Below are positions 49,580 through 61,409 of a stretch of DNA of 64,000 nucleotides, piece after piece. The DNA lies in NCBI RefSeq assembly GCF_009834535.1, contig NC_045705.1, forward strand, positions 55,366,001-55,430,000. The letters run 5' to 3'. The notes under the pieces are model-generated. The model had not been told where the DNA came from, ran no database searches, and worked only from the letters and a program-made list of their open reading frames with translations. The DNA is from Camelus ferus (taxonomy: Eukaryota). The stretch's first letter is position 1. Every line of letters begins with the position of its first letter. The position numbers and the translations under genes are program-made.

Positions 49580-49617
49580 AACCACAGGCAAAAATCAAGA
49601 AGTAAGAGAGGTTCAGG
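49580..49617 (+). other. Candidate 38-nt non-coding 5' UTR exon of OR52N5
   Basis: Acceptor 'ttctgtctcctttttacttctccag|' (AG 49578-79) and donor 'ttcagg|GTAAGT' (49618). Confidence 0.5.
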
Positions 49618-50479
49618 GTAAGTCTGAATGGTACTTGTAACCAGATTACCTTCCCCTTTGAAATAGAAAGTATCAGTCACCCCACACAATCCTCTTATTC
49701 TTTACTTGGAAGATGGCTGGAGTACTGGGCAAGGAGAAGTCATAAGAAGTGGGAGATTTAGATGTCCCAGATTATAAAGATTCCTCAGAGAAAACAAGCA
49801 AGCAAAGAAACACAAAAACAAACAAGTGAGAAATCACTGACCAATTGCTTGTTCACCTTTATCAAGGATTTGGTTCTGTGAAGCAGATGTAAAGTCTAAG
49901 CTAGACAGACCTAGATTTTATTCTGAATTGGTCACTAATAGCTTTGGGCAAGCAAATTTAAACATCCTGTACTTGGGCCAAGGAATTAGTGACAGTAGCT
50001 TATCCTGGACTCTGAAATGCACCCTCCTCTTTAAAGGAAGTGACATTTTATCTCTCAGTGGCAAAGGTGTTTTCAAATAAGAGAAATAAATTGAGCAAAA
50101 CAACATAGGCTTGAAGTTATATGTAGTATTTTGGGATTTGCAAGTAGTCAGCAAAGTTTAAGCATGAAATGCTAGGATACAATGACCATGTAATTCATCA
50201 TCCAGACCAGGACACTTTTGGGTGCTTAGGGAATGGAAAGAAATGACATGGGAAAGAGAAACTAAAAACTAAATTTTACTTTATTTAATGCCATGCCAAG
50301 AAATCTGAGCTCTACACTCAAATTGATGAGAAGACATTAAAGTAATAGATTAAAATGCCTTCAAAATTATGCCAAAGGACAAATTCAATTTGAAAAATAC
50401 AAGAGGCAAAACAAAGGAATAGTGCATGTAGGTGGGTGGTCTTTAAAATACAGTGAGTAGTAATAGAAAGGAAGGGCTG

Positions 50480-50950
50480 ATATTAAAAATATTTCTGGAT
50501 TGAAAATTTATTCCTTTCCTTGTCTGAGAGGTTGGAGCACAGGTAATACACATGATGAGGTGACCTGGACAGAGTAAGAACTCAGGTGCCCTGAGAAAAT
50601 ATACCCAAGATGAGGTAGAGGTGCACCTGAGAAGGTCACAGAGACATTGGTAGATCATATGGTAGGTGATGACACCATTATCTGAAAGACAGAGCTCAGA
50701 AATGGAGCTTATTTTGACATGGGATAGAGGTTGAAGTACTGATTTAGTCTTGGACATGATGGATTTAAACTGTCTGTGGACATTTAAGATGGCAATATCC
50801 AGTATGCATTTAGAAGGGAGACTCAACAATTGTGACATAGCTTTCTTATAAAATTAATTATCTGAAAATTATCTTCATGTTGGCTATGCTTGAGGTCATG
50901 AGAGTGGAAATGTTTCCAAGAGAGACGATAAAGGGAGAGTCCAAAGAATA
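50480..50950 (-). mobile_element. L2 fragment
   Basis: 'gatttagtcttggacatgatggatttaaactgtctgtggacatttaagatggcaatatccagtatgcatttaga...gaggtcatgagagtggaaatg'. Confidence 0.65.
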
Positions 50951-51479
50951 TGCTTTTCAGGAATTATGTGAAAACAGAAGACATAGAAAGGAAATAGATT
51001 ACCTTAATGATCTTGAAGGATTATAGGGTATTTGAGAAAGGGAGATTTTTTCTTTTTCTTTTTCATGGAACAATCAAGTTAGATTGACCCTCGTGGCCAC
51101 TATCCTTATATCTCATATCCATTTAACATCCACACTTGCATTTTGAATTAGTGTATTCAATCCGCCAGATACTAGTCGAGGAGTAAAATACATTTCTGAT
51201 TATTTTTTCAGAACTCCTTGAGGTAGGTGTCACTAACCTTGCATTATAGATGGACACTGAAAGTTGAAGAGTGAAGTCATACAATTGGTATAGAAAGAGC
51301 TGAAATTTGAATAAGATCTTATTTTGTGTAAATAACCATACTTTTGCATTATATTTTGCCACACAAAATTAATGTAATAAATAAATTCTGTGCTATTTCT
51401 TTCATACAATTGTAACTTGCTGTCATAAGCTATGTACTCTGTCAAACCAGGATGCAGAGTAAAGACATTGCATGAATTT

Positions 51480-51590
51480 TAGAGTCATATATGATTATCA
51501 TTTCTGTCTCTGAATCTAGCTTTGTGACATTCAACATTATTCAGTCTTCCTGTGCCTCAGTTTCTTCTTCTATTTGATGACAAAACAAAA
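51480..51590 (+). mobile_element. MIR fragment
   Basis: 'tctagctttgtgacattcaacattattcagtcttcctgtgcctcagtttcttcttctatt'. Confidence 0.6.
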
Positions 51591-51854
51591 ACTACAACTT
51601 TGTAATTATGGCTTTAAAATTATATTTAGATTGTTTATAAAATTTAAAAAAAATTACCTATAATATACTATTATTCAATAAGCTGTGCATTTTCCTAGTC
51701 TCTATTATTAACAATTGTTGGTTCTATTATAAATATAATTTTATTCCAGATTTAAGCCTGCATTCTCAAGGATGATCTGAATTAAATTTCTATTTTTTTA
51801 GTTTCTTCTCAGGATAGAGACTTATGGAGAAATAGTTTCTCTGTTGAACTAGTT

Positions 51855-52819
51855 ATGCTGGTTTCCAACAATTCATATATGACCCCCAAATCTTTTATTC
51901 TTAATGGAATTCCTGGTCTGGAAAGAGCACATATATGGATCTCTCTCCCACTCTGCACAATGTACATCATCTCCCTCGTGGGAACCTTGGCCTTGTGTAC
52001 CTCATTCATCATGAGGAGTCCTTACATCGTCCAATGTACTTTTTTCTGGCAATACTTTCCCTCATTGACCTCTTTACCTGCACCACTACTCTACTCAATG
52101 CCCTCTGCATCTTCTGCTTCAATCTCAAGGAAATTAATTTCAATGCTTGCTTAGCCCAGATGTTCTTTGTCGATGGGTTCACAGGTGTGGAGTCTGGTGT
52201 GCTCATGCTTATGGCCCTGGACCGCTATGTGGCCATTTGCTATCCATTACGTTATGCTACCATACTCACTAACCCTATCATTGCCAAAGCTGGGCTTGCC
52301 ACTTTCCTGAGGGGTGTGTTGCTGATGATTCCTTCTCCATTTTTGGTCAAGCGTTTGCCCTTCTGCCAAAGCAATATTGTCTCCCATACATATTGTGACC
52401 ACATGTCAGTGGTGAAGTTATCTTGTGCCAGTATCAAGGTCAATGTCATCTATGGTCTGATGGTTGCCCTCCTGATTGGAGTGTTTGACATCTGCTGTAT
52501 ATCTGTGTCTTACACTATGATCCTCCGGGCAGTGGTTAGCCTCTCATCAGCAGATGCTCGGCAGAAGGCCTTCAGCACCTGCACTGCCCATATATCTGCC
52601 ATCATTATCACCTATGTTCCAGCATTCTTTACTTTCTTTTCACATCGTTTCGGAGGACACACCATTCCCACTTCTCTTCACATCATTGTGGCTAATCTTT
52701 ATCTGCTTCTTCCCCCAACTCTGAATCCCATTGTTTATGGAGTAAAGACAAAACAGATTCGAGACAATGTCATAAAGCTCTTCCAGGGTGAGAAAGGTGC
52801 AAGTATTCAGGACAACTGA
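51855..52819 (+). pseudogene. OR52N5: Class I olfactory receptor 52N5-like; single -1 frameshift in TM1
   Basis: ATG 51855 MLVSNNSYMTPKSFILNGIPGLE; 'gtg gg- aac ctt' 1-nt deletion ~51980-51984 at the GN motif; second frame NLGLVYL...MALDRYVAICYPLRY...PPTLNPIVYGVKTKQIR to TGA 52819; close match to recalled human OR52N5; acceptor AG at 51811-51812. Confidence 0.9.
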
Positions 52820-53649
52820 AATTAGATAACAGAAAGATGAATGAAAAACAACAAAGAAGAAACTTATGTATGATATCACACAATCACTCACATGTGATAT
52901 CATACCTTTTCCACAATTTATTTATGTTTTTTGCAACTATAGTGGGAAAATGTAGAGAGAATTCTGGATTTATATTCCAGTGCTTTCTGTTATTTTTACT
53001 CCATGACCAGTTTTAACCAAGTCATTGATATTGACTTGCTACAGATTTCCTCTAATATATCCATGTAAGATATTTTCTTAACCTTTTGAGAGTTCTTAAG
53101 AGTCTTGCCTATGTAATCTTTCCCATAGATGAGAAATGAAATGGCTTTTCAGGATATTTCCCAGGCTTGGCAGTCTTTGATGCCAAAATTCAGTTTATGA
53201 ACTATGATGATAATATACAGATAAAAATGGAAGTCATGGATTTTAAAAGAATACCACTCAGTAAACATCGTATTATAAAAAGCGATGCAGACCAATTTAC
53301 TCAAGAAGTAAAGAATATGTGTAATGTATAGGTTAGCCCTCAAAAAATAACAAATGCAATAGATGAGTCAAAGCACCTGTGCTGTTTCTGAATATTGATT
53401 TATTATTCCTCAGTTATTTACTGATATCAGAGATTTTTCACTATTGCATAAAACTACTTATTTAGAATACTCACGGACACCGTGTAAATAATGCTCACAA
53501 CTACCAGATGTGTGAAAACATTTTGGATATAGTTTTTCCCTTGTAATCTCTCAGTTCAATAATACCTTCTTCCTGGTTCACTGGTCATCAGTCATCTATC
53601 TTGTTCCCTCCACTTTTACCTCTGGAACATCAAATGCGACACATGTTGA

Positions 53650-54500
53650 AGTGTTTGTTATACATGGATCCCTGAGAACTTCAAGACTATTTGGGAGAGT
53701 CCATGAAGTCCCAACAATTTTCAGAGTAATATTAAGGCGTTATTTGCCTTTTTCAGTTTCATACTCTTACTAATATACCAAGGGATTTTCTAGAGTCCAT
53801 ATGGTGTGTGATTACTATTGTAAAAATAAACTATGTCAACATTTGAAAGATCTGCATAACTCAGTGAGCCAATATTTCCAATTGACAAATGTTGGATGTT
53901 ACAGAATGATGCATATGTGAAGATTAATTTCAATGCAAGATAGACCAATGGATTTTAATGCAACAGATTATCAACAGTTTTAATGCAACAGATTATCATG
54001 TGGTTTCAGGTTTTACATTGCAATTAATCTCTAAGAGACTATATGCTGTCAATTTTGGTTGCAGTATCAAAGAAGAATATCCACAATTAACCAAAAAATT
54101 ATGAAAGACTCAACTCCCCCTTCTTCCAACTATATATCTATGTGGGGTCATATTTTCTTCATAAATATTAAATGAAACAACATAGTTCAACAGCTTGCAT
54201 GCAGAAGCAGATAGAATCTAGGTGTTTTCTATTAACTCAGACATTAAAATACTCGCAAAATTTAAAATAATGTTACTTCTGACTTTTTTTTGTTTGCTTA
54301 TGAAAAGTTATTTTTCATAAAAATGTGTATGTATGTAAAATAGACATAATTTTAAATTAACTAATACTTAAAAATTTTTATTTTAATTTTGAACACAGTC
54401 AATATTTGTAGATATGCATCACATAAACAAAAGCTCTTTAAGATTTAAGTAAATTTAATAGAGTAAATTGGATAGTAAGTCTAACAATTTTGAGAAACAT
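53650..54500 (+). mobile_element. Charlie1-type hAT transposon relic
   Basis: 'tgtcaacatttgaaagatctgcataactcagtgagccaatatttcc', 'gcagtatcaaagaagaatatccacaatt', 'gcagaagcagat', 'cacataaacaaaagctcttt', end 'ttttgagaaacattg'. Confidence 0.88.
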
Positions 54501-54569
54501 TGATCTAATATATTGGGAAAAAATTCTGCAATAATATCAACCATTTCCATGAGATCTTTCTTCTACTCC

Positions 54570-55470
54570 TCTTCTTTAAATTGAGTTATATCTTACAGAG
54601 CATACAGTACACAGAGAGTACAGCGCACAAATTTTAAGTATACCTGTGTTACCAACACCTAGACCGAAGTTCAGAATATCTCCATCCACCGAGAGGCTTT
54701 CACATGGCCCCCAAAGATAACCACAATTTTTACCTCAGCACCATAGATTTCCTTGTGTCTTTTTAAAAACTTTATTTAATAGAAATTAACACAGGATGCA
54801 CTTTTATATCTAGCTTCTCTCATTCAGTAGTAAGTTTGTAAGATTCATATATTGCCTTGTATAGAAGCACTTTATTCTTTTTAATTCCTGTGTAGTATTA
54901 TGATACTTTATATATGTTTAATAACTATAACATAATAAATATACAAATATTATATAATACATATATTTAATTTTATATGATATATATAAAAATTTATTTA
55001 TTTGTATATAAAGGTCCTAACTATCTACCTACCTATCTATAATATATATACATTTTTTCATCCTGCCATTGATGGGCCTTGTTTTCAATTTGGGGACATT
55101 TTTGGCACTATCTTGAACATTTATATATATATCATTTGGTAGATATAAATACTCATATCTTTGGGGAATATTTCTAGAAGTGTAATTTGTGAGTCATAGA
55201 ATAGTGTATATTTATCTTTAATAAGTACTGCAAAACAGTTTTCCAAAATTTTTGTGTCAATTTACACCCTCACCAACAATATATGAAAGTTTTAGTTGCT
55301 TTGCATCATGCTAAAAATTGATATTGTCAGTTCTTTTAATTTTAAATATTCAGTGTATTTAGTGTTGTCTGGTGGTTTTAATTTGCATTTCCCTATTGAC
55401 TGATACTATGCAACATTTCATGTGACTGTTTGCTATTTATTCTCTTTTGTGAAGTGTGTAAGTCTTCTGT
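54570..55470 (-). mobile_element. Old L1 3' region (L1MC/L1ME-like) with AT-rich insert at ~54890-55060
   Basis: 'tatacctgtgttaccaacacctagacc', 'gaagtgtaatttgtgagtcataga', 'tttacaccctcaccaacaatatatgaaag', 'ggttttaatttgcatttccctattgac'. Confidence 0.85.
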
Positions 55471-56229
55471 CAATTTTTCTATTTTTTCTAATTTTTTGGA
55501 GTTTGTATTTCATTTGTTAAATGCAGTCACTGAAATTATCTTGCTGTGTCTCTCTTCTCTGTTTCTCTCTCTCTCTTGTTCAGTACAATGTCAAATTTAT
55601 AGACTTAAAAATTCATGTAAAATTTTTAACTGATACACAGTTTTTATACAAATCCTTTCGATCTTCCCCATAATATTCTACATGGTAAATTTTTGTTTCC
55701 CAAGCCAAGATTATAAATTATTCTTAACTACCACTTCTAGTCTTTTAAAACTGAATTGAACTGAATTTCTTCTAATTTTATAAAACTGATATTTTTGAAG
55801 TTTTTTTTTATAGAATTGTGCTCAGATTTGTCTGAATATTATTTATGATTAGATTTAGATTGTACACTTTTCAAATATGTATTACCTATTTTGTCATTCT
55901 CAGTGCATCACACTAAAGGCATATGCTATTAGTTTATTATGTTAACATTGATATTTGGTTAAGATTGTCTATGCCTTCCAGGAAAACACTAGAAACACAC
56001 TTGCAGTCCAATTAAATTGAATTTAGTACTCGCTGCAAAACTCTGCAAACCATGTAAAACTCTGAGACATCCCAGTAAAAGGGTTTTAAAAGGTGTTTTA
56101 TTAATGTCTTAAAAATGCAACTAAGGCACTAACTCACAAATGATATTCTGTAGGCGTTGCGGGGCTGTCCTGCAGTATGGGGTAGGTATCTGAAGTACAG
56201 TAATCACACGTTTAGTAATCACAGTGTTT

Positions 56230-56430
56230 ATTTATTGACACTATGTACTAATACTTACAGTTTGGATAAAAGGTAACATTATTATCCACATTTTAGTGAA
56301 GAATGTCAGAGTTTGACTAATTGCTTTAGTCATACAGACAATAGGAGGCCAAGTTAGGATGACACTTGGTCTGTTTATCCCAGAGCCAAAGTCTTCAACT
56401 GGTACAATATATTTCTTTATCTTAAACAAC
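56230..56430 (-). mobile_element. MIR SINE
   Basis: 'attattatccacattttagtgaagaatgtcagagtttgactaattgctttagtcatacagacaataggaggccaagttagga...cccagagccaaagtcttcaac'. Confidence 0.7.
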
Positions 56431-56679
56431 TACTGGTTGTGAAGGAAAAAAAATGAACATAAAAATTTATATCGTTCAAATAATAGTTGGAAAATTTTGA
56501 TTTAATCATCGACTTTCCTCCAAAATACTCCTAAGAAAAAAATAGAAAATATAGAACTATGAAACATATGAGAATCACATAGGACTTCTAGGAATTATGG
56601 ATAACAGCATTCATTGCAGTAGGAATTAACATAAAATATAACATATAATATAATATAAATAACATATAATTCCTGCTTG

Positions 56680-56915
56680 ATTAATAACAAGATGGTATTT
56701 ATATAAAGTTCAAAAGCAGGAAAAACTAATTGATGTTGATAGAATTCAAGTGAGTGGTTACTGACTGGGAAGGGGTATGAGTGGAGCAATTCAGCTGGGG
56801 AACACATTTCTGTCCTGGTTTGTGTTCTTTTCATGATAAATAATTCATCAAGCTGTGTAGTCATGAATTGTGTTTTCTTCTGTGTGTTTGTTATACCTCA
56901 ATTAAAATATTAATT
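56680..56915 (+). mobile_element. Old L1 3' end
   Basis: 'tttatataaagttcaaaagcaggaaaaactaattgatg...gactgggaaggggtatgag...aattcatcaagctgtg...tgtttgttatacctcaattaaa'. Confidence 0.75.
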
Positions 56916-57054
56916 AAAACAAAGTAGCAATGTTTGATTTTTAAGGTAATATAATATTTGTGGCTCAAAAATTTTAGCTGATTGCAGTAATGAGGCAGGC
57001 AATGAACTAATTGTGGCATAAATTTACAGTGAAAACTTATTCTTTTATTTGTTC

Positions 57055-57225
57055 ATCTATTTTTATTGAATTATAGTTGATTTTCAATGTTGTGCTAGTT
57101 TCAGGTGTACAGCAAAGTGATTCAATTATTCATATTACAGATATATTTTTTCAGACTCTTTTCCAACATAAGCTATTACAAGATATTGAATATAGTTCCC
57201 TGTGCTATATAGTAGGTCCTTGACT
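57055..57225 (-). mobile_element. 5'-truncated L1 3' end (Cetartiodactyla type)
   Basis: 'tttttattgaattatagttgattttcaatgttgtgctagtttcaggtgtacagcaaagtgattca...gatattgaatatagttccctgtgctatatagtaggtccttg'. Confidence 0.88.
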
Positions 57226-57759
57226 CTATTAATCAAAAATACAATACATTGAAAAGGTGCTTGGCATTACAGAATGTGCTGACTTTACATCTCTGAATAT
57301 TTTACAGTTTCTATCAAGGAAAGGATTCAAATCTAGAGGTGAAGGGAGTCATGTAAATTTGCTTATCATATAGTTTTTAAAGGTCATTTTAGAGACATAT
57401 CTTAGTTTTTTCATCAATGCAGATGAAGGCTTTATTTCTATTTAATCCAAGTAAGATATATAATAATTCATCCTTACTATCACAAGAAATACGGATGAAT
57501 TTTCATTAAGAATGAAGATCTATTGACCCCTAACTTGTTGCTACTGAATGAATTCAAACCTTTAACAAGAGTTCAAATAAAATGAATACTATTAATGACA
57601 AACTTGCCTGAAGAGAATAGCTGAGTTTTATTTTATTCTTGAATTAGAAAATGAAACACATTGTAACAGACATACACTACTTTAAGCTTCAGAAATTGAT
57701 TTTATTGAGTTATATTTTAAATCCTCCTCTTGACTTCTATTGAGACATCCAGTGTAAGA

Positions 57760-57763
57760 AATA

Positions 57764-57802
<39 letters not shown>

Positions 57803-57805
57803 TTG
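57760..57805. repeat. (TA)n microsatellite followed by a T run
   Basis: Direct reading of the sequence. Confidence 0.9.
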
Positions 57806-60443
57806 TATCCACTACCCTAAGATCCATAGCATGTTAAAACACAGTAAATTGCTAATAGCAGCCTATGGTTTTGACTTATGGATACAGGCCCTAGCTCATT
57901 GTAGTTCCTCTCTCTGAAGTTATACATGATTCTACAGCTTTATATGAATCAGATGAGATCTAGAAGTAGACTTGAAACTTCTCCAGATGGTCATGTGAGA
58001 TTCAGTGGATCTCTTAAATATACTCTTGTACGTCTCAAAATTCTTCCACAGTACTTGTATCCTCTGGAGAAGCTACATGTCTAAAAACCTCACAATGAGC
58101 TAGGTACTATGTTAATTGTGATATAAATTATAAATTAATGACTGCAATATTTAAAGTGAAGAAAATCTATTAGCTAAATTAAAAGTATTCATTTAGAACT
58201 TATAGTACCTACCTGGCATTATGCTAAAATACTATTGGTAGAGACATGAATAAGTTATTAACATTTTCATGGGATATTTGGTCCGGAGGGGCAGACAGAT
58301 GGATAACAGGCACATACGCTAAGAGATGAACTGCTGTATTGTGAGAATTAGGAAGGTTCTCTGATGATGCAAGTGAGAGATCTTCTGGCTTTTATTAGGT
58401 CAAGCCTATATCTATCATTTAATTAGTTGATTAACAAAAACCATAAACTATCACTTGATTAACAACATATTATACTAGCTGTACTCATAATTCCTACTAG
58501 TATTGATAACTTTGAATACATTTTAAAAAGTCCAGATAGTTGTAATATTAATGAAGGGTTAACTGAAGGAAATCCAATCATTGCATGCATCTGTGTATTT
58601 GCAACTTTACAACTAAAAATTAGGAAGAATGATAGAGAACTTTAGACCAGGACCACAAAGATGTCAATGTTGTATCCTTACAAAGCTGTTTTTACTGAAT
58701 CTTCATTTCTTACTATTTCCTTGGTCTTATGAAGTACACAAAAGAAACAACTAGAAACGTCAATTATTTTCATTATGGAAGATGCTGTTGGGAATGCCAT
58801 AAATTATAATGATGTGTTATATTGATTAAGACTTTTGTAAAATAACACTTCTCCCAGCTCAGTTTCAGGGGCCTTTTCAGAACAACTGGTTTTGATTCAG
58901 CTTTTTATAAAATTTATAATTTTTGAATTCTTCTTTTTTCGTCACCAAAGTGGTTGAAGGAAAACTTGAATCCCAGTTGTAGCAATTTCAAGAAGCATGG
59001 TATGAATTTCTGTTTCTGAGTTTTGTAATTAGATGATATTTTCTTGTTCATATTTAGCTTGGCCCTATTTCCACCAATTTCTATTTTTTTTTCCTATTTT
59101 ATCACCTGCATTTCTGCAATCTATGTCAATTCAGTGGTTAAGTGAATGACAGGGTAAATAAATAAACAATAGATAGTAAATTAAGAAATATTTGTGTTGG
59201 CTCTAAGATGACTTAGAGAAGTCCCCAGATAAAGTCTGACTGAAGAGAGAGGATGACTTTAAGTAGATGAAGCTTGCTTGAAAAACGCGAGCAGTCTGGG
59301 ATGGAAGAATAAAAGGCTTAAAAATGACCAAAAATTATCTTGAACATGACATAGTCTTTTGGTTATAATCCTTGAAAAACGTTTTAAGAATTGTGTAACT
59401 ATGATATTGGCAATATGAAAAAAGCCCTGGCACATTTCATTCATAATGCTGGCTATATATTTTTATACACATTGAAAATTATGAGAGTGTATCCCCACAC
59501 CAATATACATTACATTGAATGTTTTATTTGTTTCATTCATTATTGCCAGTAATATTCCTCCTCTTTCTGGAAACTGCCCTTTCATCCTTTCCCAATTTAT
59601 CAAAATGGAACCTGAGGGAGTCACCTTACAAAGTACACAAGCCCCAAAGTAGCTTAATAATCCTAGAAGCCCTGAGTTCAAAATAAGAAAATATGAAGAT
59701 GTTCTAATCATATTTAACTTTTAAGGTTTTACAAAGATTAAAGATATCTCTTTCTGTTAATATTCAAGTTTTCTCCTAGACATTTCAAATTGCAATGTTT
59801 TGATGGCCCCTTAAAAATGTACTATTCTCATGACTTTTAATTATTGTTTTGCTGATATCCAAGGACATTATTTCTGCCCTTTATTAAGTGATGCATGGAG
59901 GATAAGGTTCTTGGATAATGGTTAATTATTCCAGAAAGGATTTCCCAAACCAAACCCAGAAAATGAGAATGCTTGCTGAGCATTTGTAACAGAGGAAAAC
60001 ATTATTCCAATTGATTCAGAAATGTTTTGAACTAATATATATAATTGATTTTCACAATCAGTATTTTCTTTCTTGTAAACTAAAAAGTAGATAAGTTAAG
60101 TAAAAAGAATGCAAGGAGACATATGAAAGATAAGTGAAACAAAAAGAGAGGTCTGAGGAAATCCAGGTAGCATATGGCACTTACTTTTCCCTTGTATCCC
60201 ATGACACAATAAACATCATAATGTTACTCTTCTTGATGAGGATTCTTGCTTGAAACCAATGATTTCAAATATGCCTGTTACCTGCTTTGCTTTTTTCTTT
60301 TTAAGTTTCAGTTGTTGCCACTGACTCATTATAATAACTGAAAAGATGTACAGTGCCCCCTTTCCTTAATTCTTCTCCCATTAAGCACTCGTTGGATGTT
60401 GCACTGGGTAGCTATCTGGAGAAATTAGAGAAGTGAGCATCCT

Positions 60444-61409
60444 CTATGCATTGTTGTCCTTGATATTTAGCTTAAGAACCTTATAGAAGCCCTGTCTGAG
60501 CTCCTTGTTCTTGAGGGCATAGACCATGGGGTTGAGAGCAGGAGGAATGACATTATGCAGTACATTGAGTAGAACTGGAACAAGTGGAACAGTCATTGCT
60601 GCAGTGTGGGTGATGGAAATGACAATGATGACTGTGTAGAAGAAAAGGATTAGGATGAGGTGGGAAGTGCAGGTACTTAGAGCTTTTGATGCAGCTTCTG
60701 CTGAGTTCAGCTTCAGCACAGAGTGAAGTATCAAAGCATATGATAAAACGATGACACCCAAGTCACTTCCCATGAGTGTCCAGGCCAGAACTAGCTGGTA
60801 GATGCTGTTAATTGTCCGATCATCACAGGATAGGCTAGTGACTCCAAGATTAGAGCACAGACAGTGCTCAATTTGGTTCTGGGAGCAGTAGTGTCTCTGA
60901 GCAGCCAGCACAGGCACCAGGGTGGTAGACAAGCTGTTTCTGAGTGCCATGAACACAGTTGATTTGACCACAAAAGATTCAGTGATTATTGATGGATAAT
61001 GTAGTGGTCGACAAATGGCTACATATCTATCTATAGCCATGCAGACAAAGATGCCTGACTCCATGCCCACAAAACAATGTATGACATACATCTGCACAAA
61101 GCACTCAGGGAGACTGATGGCCTTAGCACTGAACCATAAGATGGCTAGTATCTTGGGCATGATGGTTGTAGTGAGGCCCATGTCTACCACAGCTAGGATG
61201 CCTAGGAAATGGTACATAGGCTGGTGCAGTGTTGCCTCCTGATAGATGATGATCAGGATAAGGATGTTGGCGCTGAGAGCTAAAAGGTAGAGCAGAGCCA
61301 GGGGCAGGGAGAGCCAGTGTTGCCAGCTGTGAATGCCTGGGAACCCCATCAAGATAAACTCAGAGACTTGAAACTTTGAGCTGTTGGAATCTCTGAGATC
61401 CTGGAGCAT
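60444..61409 (-). CDS. OR56B2: Class I olfactory receptor, family 56B (OR56B2-like), 321 aa, intact
   Basis: [92 protein letters not shown]; closer to recalled OR56B2(P) than OR56B1; syntenic next to OR52N5; acceptor 'tttttcctcttag|tgaaggATG' (AG 61417-61416). Confidence 0.88.
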   Translation of the reverse strand: MLQDLRDSNSSKFQVSEFILMGFPGIHSWQHWLSLPLALLYLLALSANILILIIIYQEATLHQPMYHFLGILAVVDMGLTTTIMPKILAILWFSAKAISLPECFVQMYVIHCFVGMESGIFVCMAIDRYVAICRPLHYPSIITESFVVKSTVFMALRNSLSTTLVPVLAAQRHYCSQNQIEHCLCSNLGVTSLSCDDRTINSIYQLVLAWTLMGSDLGVIVLSYALILHSVLKLNSAEAASKALSTCTSHLILILFFYTVIIVISITHTAAMTVPLVPVLLNVLHNVIPPALNPMVYALKNKELRQGFYKVLKLNIKDNNA

